Of a DNA stretch of 64,000 nucleotides, positions 49,354 through 57,542 are shown one piece after another. The position numbers and the translations under genes are program-made. The DNA is from Planctomycetota bacterium. Lineage in GTDB: Bacteria; Planctomycetota; GCA-002687715; DRQF01. A model generated the notes under the pieces. The model was given only the letters and a program-made list of their open reading frames with translations. It was not told the DNA's origin and did not search any database. The stretch covers positions 32,001-96,000 of the forward strand of contig JAZGFI010000170.1 in assembly GCA_036479435.1 (NCBI GenBank). The letters are read 5' to 3'. Positions within the stretch are counted from its first letter, which is position 1; the number at the start of each line of letters is the position of its first letter.

Positions 49354-49428
49354 TTTTGTGCCAGGCACCACGCCGTCACTATTTCGTGCCAGGCACGAAA
49401 TAGTGACGGCGTGGTGCCTGGCACAAAA
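49354..49428. repeat. Nested palindromic REP-like element, copy 2 (perfect 75-bp palindrome)
   Basis: The 37-bp arm ttttgtgccaggcaccacgccgtcactatttcgtgcc is followed by a single a and then its exact reverse complement. Confidence 0.92.
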
Positions 49429-49459
49429 TAAGCACGGTGCCGACCGGGCACCGCGGGGG

Positions 49460-49900
49460 TCAGATGATTTGGATGTTGCGTGGCTTGGCGGCCTCCGCTT
49501 TGGGCAGGGTAATCGTCAGGACTCCTCGGTCCATGCCCGCCTCTACTGCTTCGCCATTTAGCGGCGTTACGAAGCGCAGGCTCTCCTCAAAAGTCAGAGG
49601 TGGACGATCGCGCCGATACCAGCGCGTCTCGGCGGCGTCTGCTTGCTTGGGGTCCGACATCTGTTGCGCAGGCTTCACTTCGATCTTCAGCGTTTTTTCG
49701 TGTAGCGACAACTTGACGTCTTGCATGTCGACGCCGGGAAGGTCGATCACGACGCCGTAGGCATCGTCGGTTTCAAAAACGTCCATTGGAACAGAATGGG
49801 TCTGGCGCGGGGTTGCCGGCCGAAAGAGGCCACCAAAGAAGTCGTTGATTTCTTGATCGAGGGTCTTCGGGGCGCTGGGGTTGGCTTGATTTTGCGACAT
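49460..49900 (-). CDS. Small heat shock protein (Hsp20/alpha-crystallin)
   Basis: Motifs PMDVFET, DLPGV and GVLTITLPK..KPR.I. An AAGGAG RBS precedes ATG 49900. Confidence 0.92.
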   Translation of the reverse strand: MSQNQANPSAPKTLDQEINDFFGGLFRPATPRQTHSVPMDVFETDDAYGVVIDLPGVDMQDVKLSLHEKTLKIEVKPAQQMSDPKQADAAETRWYRRDRPPLTFEESLRFVTPLNGEAVEAGMDRGVLTITLPKAEAAKPRNIQII

Positions 49901-49937
49901 GGTCGTTCTCCTTTTTTGCGTTTCGACACTCTCCTTT

Positions 49938-49954
49938 CGCAGACGGGGTGCCAA
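49938..49954 (-). promoter_or_regulatory. Candidate sigma54 (-24/-12) promoter of hsp20
   Basis: Minus-strand TTGGCACCCCGTCTGCG has the GG-N10-GC spacing and lies about 40 nt upstream of the start codon. Confidence 0.5.
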
Positions 49955-50148
49955 GGGCGGCAACTCTCACCTGAAGTTTCCATCCTTCGCTCCCGGCAGA
50001 GCTTAGGGCCGATGGGAGTTTTGGGGCCGTCAGGGCTCAGCCCTTGGTATTGCCAAGCTGGCAGTCCTCGTTCTGACATCATTTCATGTGGCGTAGAGGA
50101 TTAGAGCCAAGGCTTGATGAAATGGGAGGCGTGGGCGAGGATCTCGCG

Positions 50149-51609
50149 ATGGACAAATCCCAGGTCATCATCACTACGCTCATCGTCTACAAGATCGTTC
50201 TCATTGCGATTGGGTTCATTGCCGAGCGCCGCAACAAAGACGCTTCCGACTTCTTTTTGGGTGGTCGCGGCCTCGGGCCCGTGGTCGCCGCGATCTCGGC
50301 TTCGGCGAGTTCTTCCTCGGCTTGGACGCTTTTGGGCGCGACCGGATTCGCGTATTCCAAAGGCCTTGCCGCCTTGTGGTTATTCCCCGCTTGCGTCGGT
50401 GGCTTCGTGATCAACTGGTACTTGTTAGCGCCCGCCATTCGAAAGTTCTCCGGGGCGCAAGATGCCGTAACGGTGACGGATGTCTTAGCGGGTCGTCCGG
50501 GAAGAGAGGGCTACACCTTAGTACGCCGCATCGCGGCGTTCATCGTCTTGGTGTTTTTCAGTTTTTACGTCGCCGCCCAGTTCAAGGCGGCGGGAACGGC
50601 TTTCGAGGGAGTGTTCGACACTTCCTTTACGGCAAGCGTCATCATCGGCGGGAGCATCGTGGTGTTCTACACCCTGATGGGTGGTTTTTGGGCGGTGAGT
50701 ATCACGGACACTCTTCAGGGACTTTTGATGGCGATTACCGCGATCGTTCTGCCGTGGATTGCCTTTTACAAACTGGGGTACTCAGGTCTGACAGAGGGGC
50801 TTCAGGCTGTTGGAGAAACGGGATTCCTCGATCTCAGCTCTGGATTTGAAGGCCCTGCTGCTTTCGGTTTTGTGTTGGGCTTATTGGGCATCGGCCTTGG
50901 ATACCCGGGGCAACCGCACGTCGTCAATCGATTCTTGGCCCTCAAAAAAGGCGAGCAGCACTTGGCGCAGGCGCGGTGCATTGCCGTGGCCTGGTCGGCT
51001 GTCGTCTACGTCGGAGTGATCTTGCTCGGGCTTTGCGGCCGAGTGCTTTATCCTTCCCTTGGGAATGGTGAGACCATCTTTTTTGTCGCCGCCGACGGTC
51101 TCATGCACCCGATCTTGGCTGGGTTGATGGTGGCAGCGGTCCTCTCGGCCATCATGTCGACGGCGGACAGTCAGTTACTGGTAGCCGCAAGCGCCGTCAC
51201 TCACGATCTTGAGTGCGGCGGAAACAACAATCGCACGCGGCTGTTTCGGTCGCGCTTGACGATCGTGGTGATTTCCATGGTGGCGATGCTCATCGCGATG
51301 CAACGCGACTCCACGATCTTTGACAAGGTTTTGTTCGCCTGGTCTGCCATGGGGGCGGCTTTCGGCCCGCTGCTTTTGGTGTCGGTCTTGAAAGGCCCGG
51401 TGAAGGGTCGTCGAACTGCGTTGGCCATGCTGACCGGTTTTGGATTGGTTGTCTTGAACGAGCTGTTGAAAACTACCGACTTCTACTCGGGCAACACGGC
51501 CGGTTGGGCGGGATTCGGCGAACGCATCATTCCTTTCTTTACGGCTCTCGCGGTGGTTTTGGCTCCGGGCGGACAAGAGACTTCTGACTCTCGGTGGTCC
51601 AGCGGTTGA
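50149..51609 (+). CDS. putP: Sodium/proline symporter (SSS family)
   Basis: Motifs DFFLGGR.LGP, SSAW, YT.MGGFWAVS.TD.LQG, GYPGQPH, SAIMSTADSQL and AW..MGAAFGP. Confidence 0.85.
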   Translation: MDKSQVIITTLIVYKIVLIAIGFIAERRNKDASDFFLGGRGLGPVVAAISASASSSSAWTLLGATGFAYSKGLAALWLFPACVGGFVINWYLLAPAIRKFSGAQDAVTVTDVLAGRPGREGYTLVRRIAAFIVLVFFSFYVAAQFKAAGTAFEGVFDTSFTASVIIGGSIVVFYTLMGGFWAVSITDTLQGLLMAITAIVLPWIAFYKLGYSGLTEGLQAVGETGFLDLSSGFEGPAAFGFVLGLLGIGLGYPGQPHVVNRFLALKKGEQHLAQARCIAVAWSAVVYVGVILLGLCGRVLYPSLGNGETIFFVAADGLMHPILAGLMVAAVLSAIMSTADSQLLVAASAVTHDLECGGNNNRTRLFRSRLTIVVISMVAMLIAMQRDSTIFDKVLFAWSAMGAAFGPLLLVSVLKGPVKGRRTALAMLTGFGLVVLNELLKTTDFYSGNTAGWAGFGERIIPFFTALAVVLAPGGQETSDSRWSSG

Positions 51610-51705
51610 AGAACGGGCTTTCCGTCGAGCACCGGTGACGAACTCCGCGCCGTGAAGCGCTACCTGCGGGAGCGCGACAGCAAGTTGCCGTGGCTAGCGC
51701 CATAA
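51597..51705 (+). pseudogene. Fragment of a FimB/FimE-like tyrosine recombinase (frameshifted relic)
   Basis: VQRLKNGLSVEH (51597-51632) is followed, after a +1 shift, by GDELRAVKRYLRERDSKLPWL (51634-51696). This matches the RLKxGxSxxHP..xDELRA...PWLF segment of FimB-like integrases. Confidence 0.72.
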
Positions 51706-51820
51706 CTCTTTTTGGGGACTGTAGTAGGCTAGCCGCCACGCGTAGACAGAAACCTCTTTTTGGCAAGAATGCTGATTTACTGTTATCTTGATAGTCGGTA
51801 ATACAACCAAGGAGATTCCA

Positions 51821-52051
51821 ATGCAAGAACGCGTCACCATCAACGACCGTGGCGTGGTCACCATCCCCGCCGCCATGCGCCGCGCCTTCGGCTTGAAGGC
51901 TGGCGCAGAACTCATCGCTGAAGAGACCCCGGAAGGTATCCTCCTGCGACCCTCCATCAGTGTGCCGATCGAGATTTATACCGAAGAGCGCATCGCTGAA
52001 TTCGCCTCCGACGAGGATGAGATCGCCAAGCTTCTTCCAGAGATCAAGTGA
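51821..52051 (+). CDS. AbrB/MazE/SpoVT-family antitoxin
   Basis: Motif TINDRGVVTIPAAMRRAFGL..G...GILLRP, with an AAGGAG RBS. Confidence 0.92.
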   Translation: MQERVTINDRGVVTIPAAMRRAFGLKAGAELIAEETPEGILLRPSISVPIEIYTEERIAEFASDEDEIAKLLPEIK

Positions 52052-52482
52052 TCTCGATGCGGGTCTTTCTTGATGCCAATGTTCTGTTTTCAGCAAGCCA
52101 TCCTGACAGCGTTTTAGCTCAGTTGATTGCTGTGGCCATTCGGCATGCAGATGTTCTCACGAGCGATGTCGCGTGTGGAGAAGCGCGCCGAAACCTCTCG
52201 CTCAAGAGGCCCGCATGGGCCACGTCGTTCGAGCTTTTGGTTGAACAGCTTGAGATTGTCCCAACCGCCGTGTTTCAGCTTCCGGTGACGCTTTCCCAAA
52301 AAGACATACCACTCCTTTGTGCCGCGATCCGATCAGAGAGCCATTATTTCGTTACCGGCGATATCAAGGATTTCGGCCACCTCTTCGACATGATCGTCCA
52401 TGGGACCACTGTCATTACGCCATTGAGATTGACTCAGATCCTGAGAGATAAATCACATCGAGAAGATCAGGAGAACGCATGA
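52048..52482 (+). CDS. PIN-domain (VapC-like) toxin
   Basis: Motifs VFLDANVLFSA, E..RN, KD..LL and FVTGD.KDF. It overlaps the antitoxin by GTGA, and an alternative ATG is at 52057. Confidence 0.9.
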   Translation: MISMRVFLDANVLFSASHPDSVLAQLIAVAIRHADVLTSDVACGEARRNLSLKRPAWATSFELLVEQLEIVPTAVFQLPVTLSQKDIPLLCAAIRSESHYFVTGDIKDFGHLFDMIVHGTTVITPLRLTQILRDKSHREDQENA

Positions 52483-52594
52483 AAGGTTTCGTTTGGCTGT
52501 TGTTGGCCTTGTAGTCGTCAGCAAATAGCCAATCGAAATGGGCCCTTCGGCGTGTTTTGGGAAGACCGCTTAGGTTGGGTCGCTGGATTCAGAA

Positions 52595-53485
52595 CTAATC
52601 CCTAGCGAAGTTCCGCGGCGACGTTTCAATCAGCGCATCGAGAAGCGGATTCTCGGGAGTATCGCGGCGCCAAGCCATTTGAAGCGGGAAGGACCGGAAG
52701 GGCTTGGTCAGCGCTTTCGATAAGAGATCTCTCCCCTTGGGACCGCCCTTCAAGACCCAAGGGACTAGTGAATAGCCGAGACCGCTCTCCACAAAGCCAA
52801 GAATCGTCTCGGCCGAACCAGCGGTCACGGTGCGCGGTGGCTCAACCCCGTGGGCGCGCAAACCCTCCATTTGGATATCGAACAACTGCGAGTCGCGGTG
52901 ATATCCCACGAAGGGCTCGTCGGCGAGATCCTTAATGCTCAGGTTCTTCTTTTTGGCGGCGGGGTGCCTCGAAGGCAGCACCAAGTAGGGCAGTGCTTCC
53001 CCGACTTTTTCGGCCGCCAAGTCGTCCGGAAGATCGTCGAACCAAGCGACTAAGACATCGACTTCGCCGCGCTGCAACAAGCTGGGGTCGGGATGGAGGA
53101 TCTCTTTTAGATCCAAGCGCGCATCGGGGCGCTTTTTTTGAAACCGACGAAGCCAAGCTGGCATGAGTTGGCGCAAGAGCAAGGCTTCCGAGCCGATGAT
53201 GAGCTCGCCGCCGATTTCACCGGCGCGAATCTGCCGCAGGAGGGGCGGCATCTTTTCGTAGAAGGGGGCGCAGAAGTCAAAAAGCGCTTGCCCCGCGGGA
53301 GTCAATCCGAGCTGGTCTTTGCCCAGACGCTCAAAAAGGGCCATTCCGAGCTCGCCCTCGAGCTTTTTGACCTGTTGGTGCACGGCAGGCTGCGTGATGG
53401 GGTAGGGAAAGGCGCGCGCGGCTCGGGCGTAGCCACGAGTCTTCGCAACCCAGTAGAATCCTTCCAGCCGGTGAACTTGAATCAT
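52595..53485 (-). CDS. LysR family transcriptional regulator
   Basis: HTH AARAFPYPITQPAVHQQVKKLE.ELG..LF.R and LTPAG. The substrate domain has VESGLG. Confidence 0.92.
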   Translation of the reverse strand: MIQVHRLEGFYWVAKTRGYARAARAFPYPITQPAVHQQVKKLEGELGMALFERLGKDQLGLTPAGQALFDFCAPFYEKMPPLLRQIRAGEIGGELIIGSEALLLRQLMPAWLRRFQKKRPDARLDLKEILHPDPSLLQRGEVDVLVAWFDDLPDDLAAEKVGEALPYLVLPSRHPAAKKKNLSIKDLADEPFVGYHRDSQLFDIQMEGLRAHGVEPPRTVTAGSAETILGFVESGLGYSLVPWVLKGGPKGRDLLSKALTKPFRSFPLQMAWRRDTPENPLLDALIETSPRNFARD

Positions 53486-53582
53486 GAGCCCCTCCCGTTC
53501 AGGTCACGGGCCGATCGTACCAGGGCCTTCCGAGGCTGTGGAGATGCCGAAGGACGAGATCGCTTAGGAAGAACACGCCAGG

Positions 53583-54293
53583 ATGAAGACCTTCGAAGCA
53601 TTTGGACTCACGCATGCCAACGCCGTTGTCGTGGCTTTGCTGGCCTGGGCCTGGGTTCTATGGCGCTCCCGAGGATTGCAGGGTGAGCCCGAGGTTCGCT
53701 TTCGGCGGAGGTTGGCGATCTTTGTCATCGCCACGAATCTTTCGATTCAGATCTACCGTCTTTTGCCTTCGATTTGGAATGTCGACGCGTCCTTGCCGCT
53801 TCACCTGTGTGACTTTGCCTGGATGGCCGCAATCTGGGCTTTGTGGACGCGCCAGCGCTTACCGCAAGCCCTGGTCTACTTTTGGGGTTTTGGATTGTCG
53901 TGGCAGGCCTTTTTGACGCCGACTTTGGACGACGGCCCGGCGCATCCCTACTTTTGGGCCTTTTGGTGCTTGCACTGGCAGATCGTGGCGACCGCACTGC
54001 TGGTAGTTTTACGCTATCAGTTTCGCCCCGACTGGCGTGACTTTGCGCGGACGGTTGGCGTGACGGCATTTCTTTTCTTCGGAGTCCTCGGCCTCAACCT
54101 TTGGCTCGACACTCCTTACTTCTTCAACGCCCCGGGGAACTCGGTCGACGGTACTCCCATCGCCTTACTTGGCGACTGGCCGCTGCGCTTGTTGTGGCTA
54201 GCGGTCATCGTGATTGGGCTTTTTGCGCTCATGACCCTGCCCTGGCGTTTTTTGGCGCGCCGCGCCCGCGTCGCCGAAAGTAGAACCCCGTAA
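53583..54293 (+). CDS. YwaF/TIGR02206-like integral membrane protein
   Basis: Motifs SLPLHLCD, QAFLTP, FW..H and LG.WP, with multiple TMs. Confidence 0.85.
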   Translation: MKTFEAFGLTHANAVVVALLAWAWVLWRSRGLQGEPEVRFRRRLAIFVIATNLSIQIYRLLPSIWNVDASLPLHLCDFAWMAAIWALWTRQRLPQALVYFWGFGLSWQAFLTPTLDDGPAHPYFWAFWCLHWQIVATALLVVLRYQFRPDWRDFARTVGVTAFLFFGVLGLNLWLDTPYFFNAPGNSVDGTPIALLGDWPLRLLWLAVIVIGLFALMTLPWRFLARRARVAESRTP

Positions 54294-55464
54294 GCGACAG
54301 CAATCCCACGACTACCGCAATGACAAAAAAGAGCTGGCGAAAACCGGCAAGGTTGAGCAAGTATCCGCCACTCACTGAGCCCAAAGCATGCGCCATCGCG
54401 AAGGCCATGAAGACAATCCCCATCGCCGCGCCGCGCTTGTCGCGCGGCGATTCTCGGCCCGCCATGGCGAACCCGGCGGGGAAGACCCCCGACAAAAAAG
54501 CCCCCGCCATCGCACGAAGAAAGAGCAATTGCCAGGGGCTCGTGGCCAGCCCCTGTAGGCCGTAGGCCACCGCGACCCCGAGCGCCGACAACACAAAGGT
54601 CCGCGACGGTCCCTCGCGATCGCTGAACCTCCCCCAGATCGGCATCATGATCAAGACCATGAGGGCTTGAACGCTCATGACAATGCCGGCGAATTGCTTG
54701 TCGCCACCCAACTCCACCACAAAGCGCGCGTAGCTCGGATCTACGGTGGAAACCAAAAATCGGACGATGATGAGCGCCATCAACAGCTTCATGAGGTTGG
54801 GCAAATGGAGGACGAAGATGGCGTTGTTCCAAATGCCTCGCATGATCTCGACCGGGCCGCGGGCCGCGCTGAGGGCGCCGTCTTCAGGCTCTTTGGTGAA
54901 AAAGAGCACCGCGAAAAAGGCCACCCCGGATAAGACGGAACAGATCGGGAAGATCCAGCGGATGAGCCCCGCTTCGCTAAGAAAACCTCCGAGTAGATAG
55001 CCTCCCACCATGCCCGCGGGCATAGCGCTTTGCAGCCGGGCTGCCACCTGGCCTTGAACGGTCTGAGGAGCGATGACCGAAGCGAAGGTGATGGATGTCG
55101 GAATGTAGCCGGAAAAAGCTCCCTGCATCACGCGCAGTGCGAGCATCGTCCAGACCGAAGTGGCGAAACTCATCAAACCGACGAAGATCACGATGGCTCC
55201 CATGGCGCGCAAGACCATGACTTTGCGGCCGAAGCGATCGCTGAGCCCACCCCAGATCGGACCCAGCAACGCGGCCACAATAGGCGCCGCGCCGACCAGC
55301 ACCCCGGCCCAGAGGTTGCGGAGATGGGGTTCGTGAATGCCGAGCTCTTCGACGAAAAAGGTCAAAAACGGCACCATCGCCATCATGCCGGTGGCGGTAG
55401 TGAGGTTCGCAAAAAACAGCACCCGAACTGTCTTTTCCCATTCGGGTTTGCTGCGGTGCGTCAT
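54229..55464 (-). CDS. MFS transporter (MdtG/DHA1-like)
   Basis: About 12 TMs, with motifs PIWG.LSDRFGRK, LR.MQG.FSG and WGRFSDR.G. It overlaps the neighbouring gene convergently by 65 bp. Confidence 0.9.
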   Translation of the reverse strand: MTHRSKPEWEKTVRVLFFANLTTATGMMAMVPFLTFFVEELGIHEPHLRNLWAGVLVGAAPIVAALLGPIWGGLSDRFGRKVMVLRAMGAIVIFVGLMSFATSVWTMLALRVMQGAFSGYIPTSITFASVIAPQTVQGQVAARLQSAMPAGMVGGYLLGGFLSEAGLIRWIFPICSVLSGVAFFAVLFFTKEPEDGALSAARGPVEIMRGIWNNAIFVLHLPNLMKLLMALIIVRFLVSTVDPSYARFVVELGGDKQFAGIVMSVQALMVLIMMPIWGRFSDREGPSRTFVLSALGVAVAYGLQGLATSPWQLLFLRAMAGAFLSGVFPAGFAMAGRESPRDKRGAAMGIVFMAFAMAHALGSVSGGYLLNLAGFRQLFFVIAVVVGLLSLTGFYFRRRGRGAPKNARAGS

Positions 55465-55522
55465 GCGGGATAGTAGCGAGCGAGTCTTGATTTGAAAGGA
55501 AGCCTCTTGACGAAAGCGGGCC

Positions 55523-57541
55523 TCAGGTCAGAAGCCGTTCACCAAGGCCGCTGCTGCGTTTCGAATCCCTTGACGCACCCTGTACCAAGACTTCCCATGA
55601 TCCGTCGATCAAAAGACAACGCTTGGCTCGGGTCAGGGCTGTGTAAAGCAGTGATCTTTCCAAGCGGGCGTCGCCCTTGCCCTCGCCTTGGTCATGATCA
55701 TAGTCCGGCAAGACGAAGAGGACGGTCTCGAACTCAGATCCTTGGCTTTTGTGAACGGTAGTTGCAAAAGAGGATTCGATGCGTCCGAGCAGAGTGTTCA
55801 GCGGGAAGTAAACGAGTCCTTCTAAGCGTTCGAAGACGACATGGTGGTCACGGCCCTTGCTCATTGCCACCACCATGCCCTGGTCACCGTTGAAGAGTCC
55901 CTTTTGAGGATCGTTCCGGATGACCATGATCGGTTCGCCGGCCAAAAAACGCTCCGGTGTGGCATGGCCTTGCGTCATCCTGCGGGCCCAACCCTCACGG
56001 AGCGACGCATTGATGCGAAGCGTTCCCAGACGCGCCACACGCGTGGTTGAAAGTACGCGGCACGAAGCATGACGGCGTAAGCCCTCACGAACTGAAATTT
56101 CGTCGAGTTCATGGGGCTGGAACGCGTTGAGGCTCCGCCAGATTTGGGACTCGCCACTCCAGCCGAGGGCCTCATCGAACCACGCGTCCCTCCAGTGCGC
56201 CGCTTCCCTTTTCCCCTTCGCGGCTAAGGCTAACCACTCAATTCCCTGCCATTGCAGCATCGCCGGAGGCAGGGGTTTCAATCCCAAAAGATTGGCCTTA
56301 AGTCCTTCGCAATCTCCCTCGCGCACCAAGCCAGCGAGACGGATGAGATCACGTCCCGAGCTGTCACTCGCGTCCTGACGAAAATTCTCTTCGAGGCGTG
56401 CCACCGCCGGTGAGCCTTGGGAGTTGTCGCTTTCGGCCCGTCGCTCGCAGTGGCTGACCAGCTCCTCAAAGACTCGGCCCGACTCGACGGCGGGTAACTG
56501 TGCTGTATCGCCAAGAAGGATGAGGCGGGAGTCCGGCCGGAGCGCGTCCAGCAGGCGCTCCATGATTCTCAAGTCGATCATCGACGCCTCGTCGACGATC
56601 ACCAGCTTGGCTTCGATGGGGTGTTGGCGGTGATGCCGAAAGCGATCTTGCCTAGGGTCGTAACCCAAAAGGCGGTGCAAGGTCTTCGCCTTGAAGGAAG
56701 GTGGCGCGTCGGCGGCCTTAGCGACGAGTTTTCCTATCGACTCCTCAAGGCGATAAGCGGCTTTGCCGGTCGGGGCCGCCAGGGCGATCTCGTTTGCCTC
56801 GATTCCGACTTCTTGAGCTCTGTGCAAAAGCGCCGCGACTAAGGTCGTCTTGCCCGTACCAGGCCCACCGGAAATCGCAAACAAGGGCCGACGCAGGGCC
56901 GCCTCAATGGCGGTCTGCTGAGTGTCACTCAAGGCCATTTCGACGGAAGGCAGGGCTTGCGCGTTGGCCGCGGGAGTCGAGACCATTAGGTCGTCAGCCG
57001 CTAGCCGTTCAACCATGAGCGAGGCCAAGGAAACCTCAAGTTGCTGATCGCTTTGGCGATAGAGATAGTCCCCTTCGCAAACAAGGGGCTTTGCGGCCAG
57101 ATCCTTCGCGCCAATGCCGTCGCGGGCGCTCCCAATGACTCGATCGAAGGTGCCGTCATCAAGCCGGATCGCAACATGATCGTAGTCGTCAAAGGCCTCA
57201 ATCTTTGCCTCAGTGCTGGCGGCCGCTTCCAAATCCCGCCACAGCATCTGAAGGTCTGAACTCAATTCGGCGCTGCCGCCCCGCTGAACATCGCTGCGAA
57301 AACAAAGCCGTGTACTGCCGCGGCGCGTCACGGCGAGCAAGCTCAGGACCAAGACGAATAAGGCCCTTTGGTCGCGCGACTCGGGCAACGATGCCATGTC
57401 GACGATCTCAAGCACGAGTTGAACGAGGTCTTCGTCGAGATTACTAGCCGCGAAGCCGGGGCGAAGGCTCGCTAACCAGATCCGGTCCGAGTTCATCGCA
57501 TCGGAACCGAGGAGCGTTTGCCAAGTGGAAGGGGCGGCCAT
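55523..57541 (-). CDS. recD: Exodeoxyribonuclease V alpha subunit RecD
   Basis: Motifs SGGPGTGKTT, AAPTGKAA, TLHRLLG, VDEASMID, GD..QL, FNGD.G, TVHKSQGSEF and YTALTRAK. I placed the start at ATG 57541, next to the recB stop. Confidence 0.93.
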   Translation of the reverse strand: MAAPSTWQTLLGSDAMNSDRIWLASLRPGFAASNLDEDLVQLVLEIVDMASLPESRDQRALFVLVLSLLAVTRRGSTRLCFRSDVQRGGSAELSSDLQMLWRDLEAAASTEAKIEAFDDYDHVAIRLDDGTFDRVIGSARDGIGAKDLAAKPLVCEGDYLYRQSDQQLEVSLASLMVERLAADDLMVSTPAANAQALPSVEMALSDTQQTAIEAALRRPLFAISGGPGTGKTTLVAALLHRAQEVGIEANEIALAAPTGKAAYRLEESIGKLVAKAADAPPSFKAKTLHRLLGYDPRQDRFRHHRQHPIEAKLVIVDEASMIDLRIMERLLDALRPDSRLILLGDTAQLPAVESGRVFEELVSHCERRAESDNSQGSPAVARLEENFRQDASDSSGRDLIRLAGLVREGDCEGLKANLLGLKPLPPAMLQWQGIEWLALAAKGKREAAHWRDAWFDEALGWSGESQIWRSLNAFQPHELDEISVREGLRRHASCRVLSTTRVARLGTLRINASLREGWARRMTQGHATPERFLAGEPIMVIRNDPQKGLFNGDQGMVVAMSKGRDHHVVFERLEGLVYFPLNTLLGRIESSFATTVHKSQGSEFETVLFVLPDYDHDQGEGKGDARLERSLLYTALTRAKRCLLIDGSWEVLVQGASRDSKRSSGLGERLLT

Positions 57542-57542
57542 C

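Noticed and set aside
25288..49428. GTGCCWGGCAC repeats as a CRISPR array
   Set aside because: The units are only 11-13 bp, the linkers are short and mutually complementary rather than unique spacers, and there are no cas genes.
49922..49954. CIRCE (HrcA) operator upstream of hsp20
   Set aside because: The half-sites are degenerate and about 14 nt apart instead of 9. The sigma54 reading fits better.
54229..54293. 65-bp convergent overlap between the MFS and YwaF-like genes
   Set aside because: Short 3' overlaps of convergent genes are common, and both tails are low-complexity.
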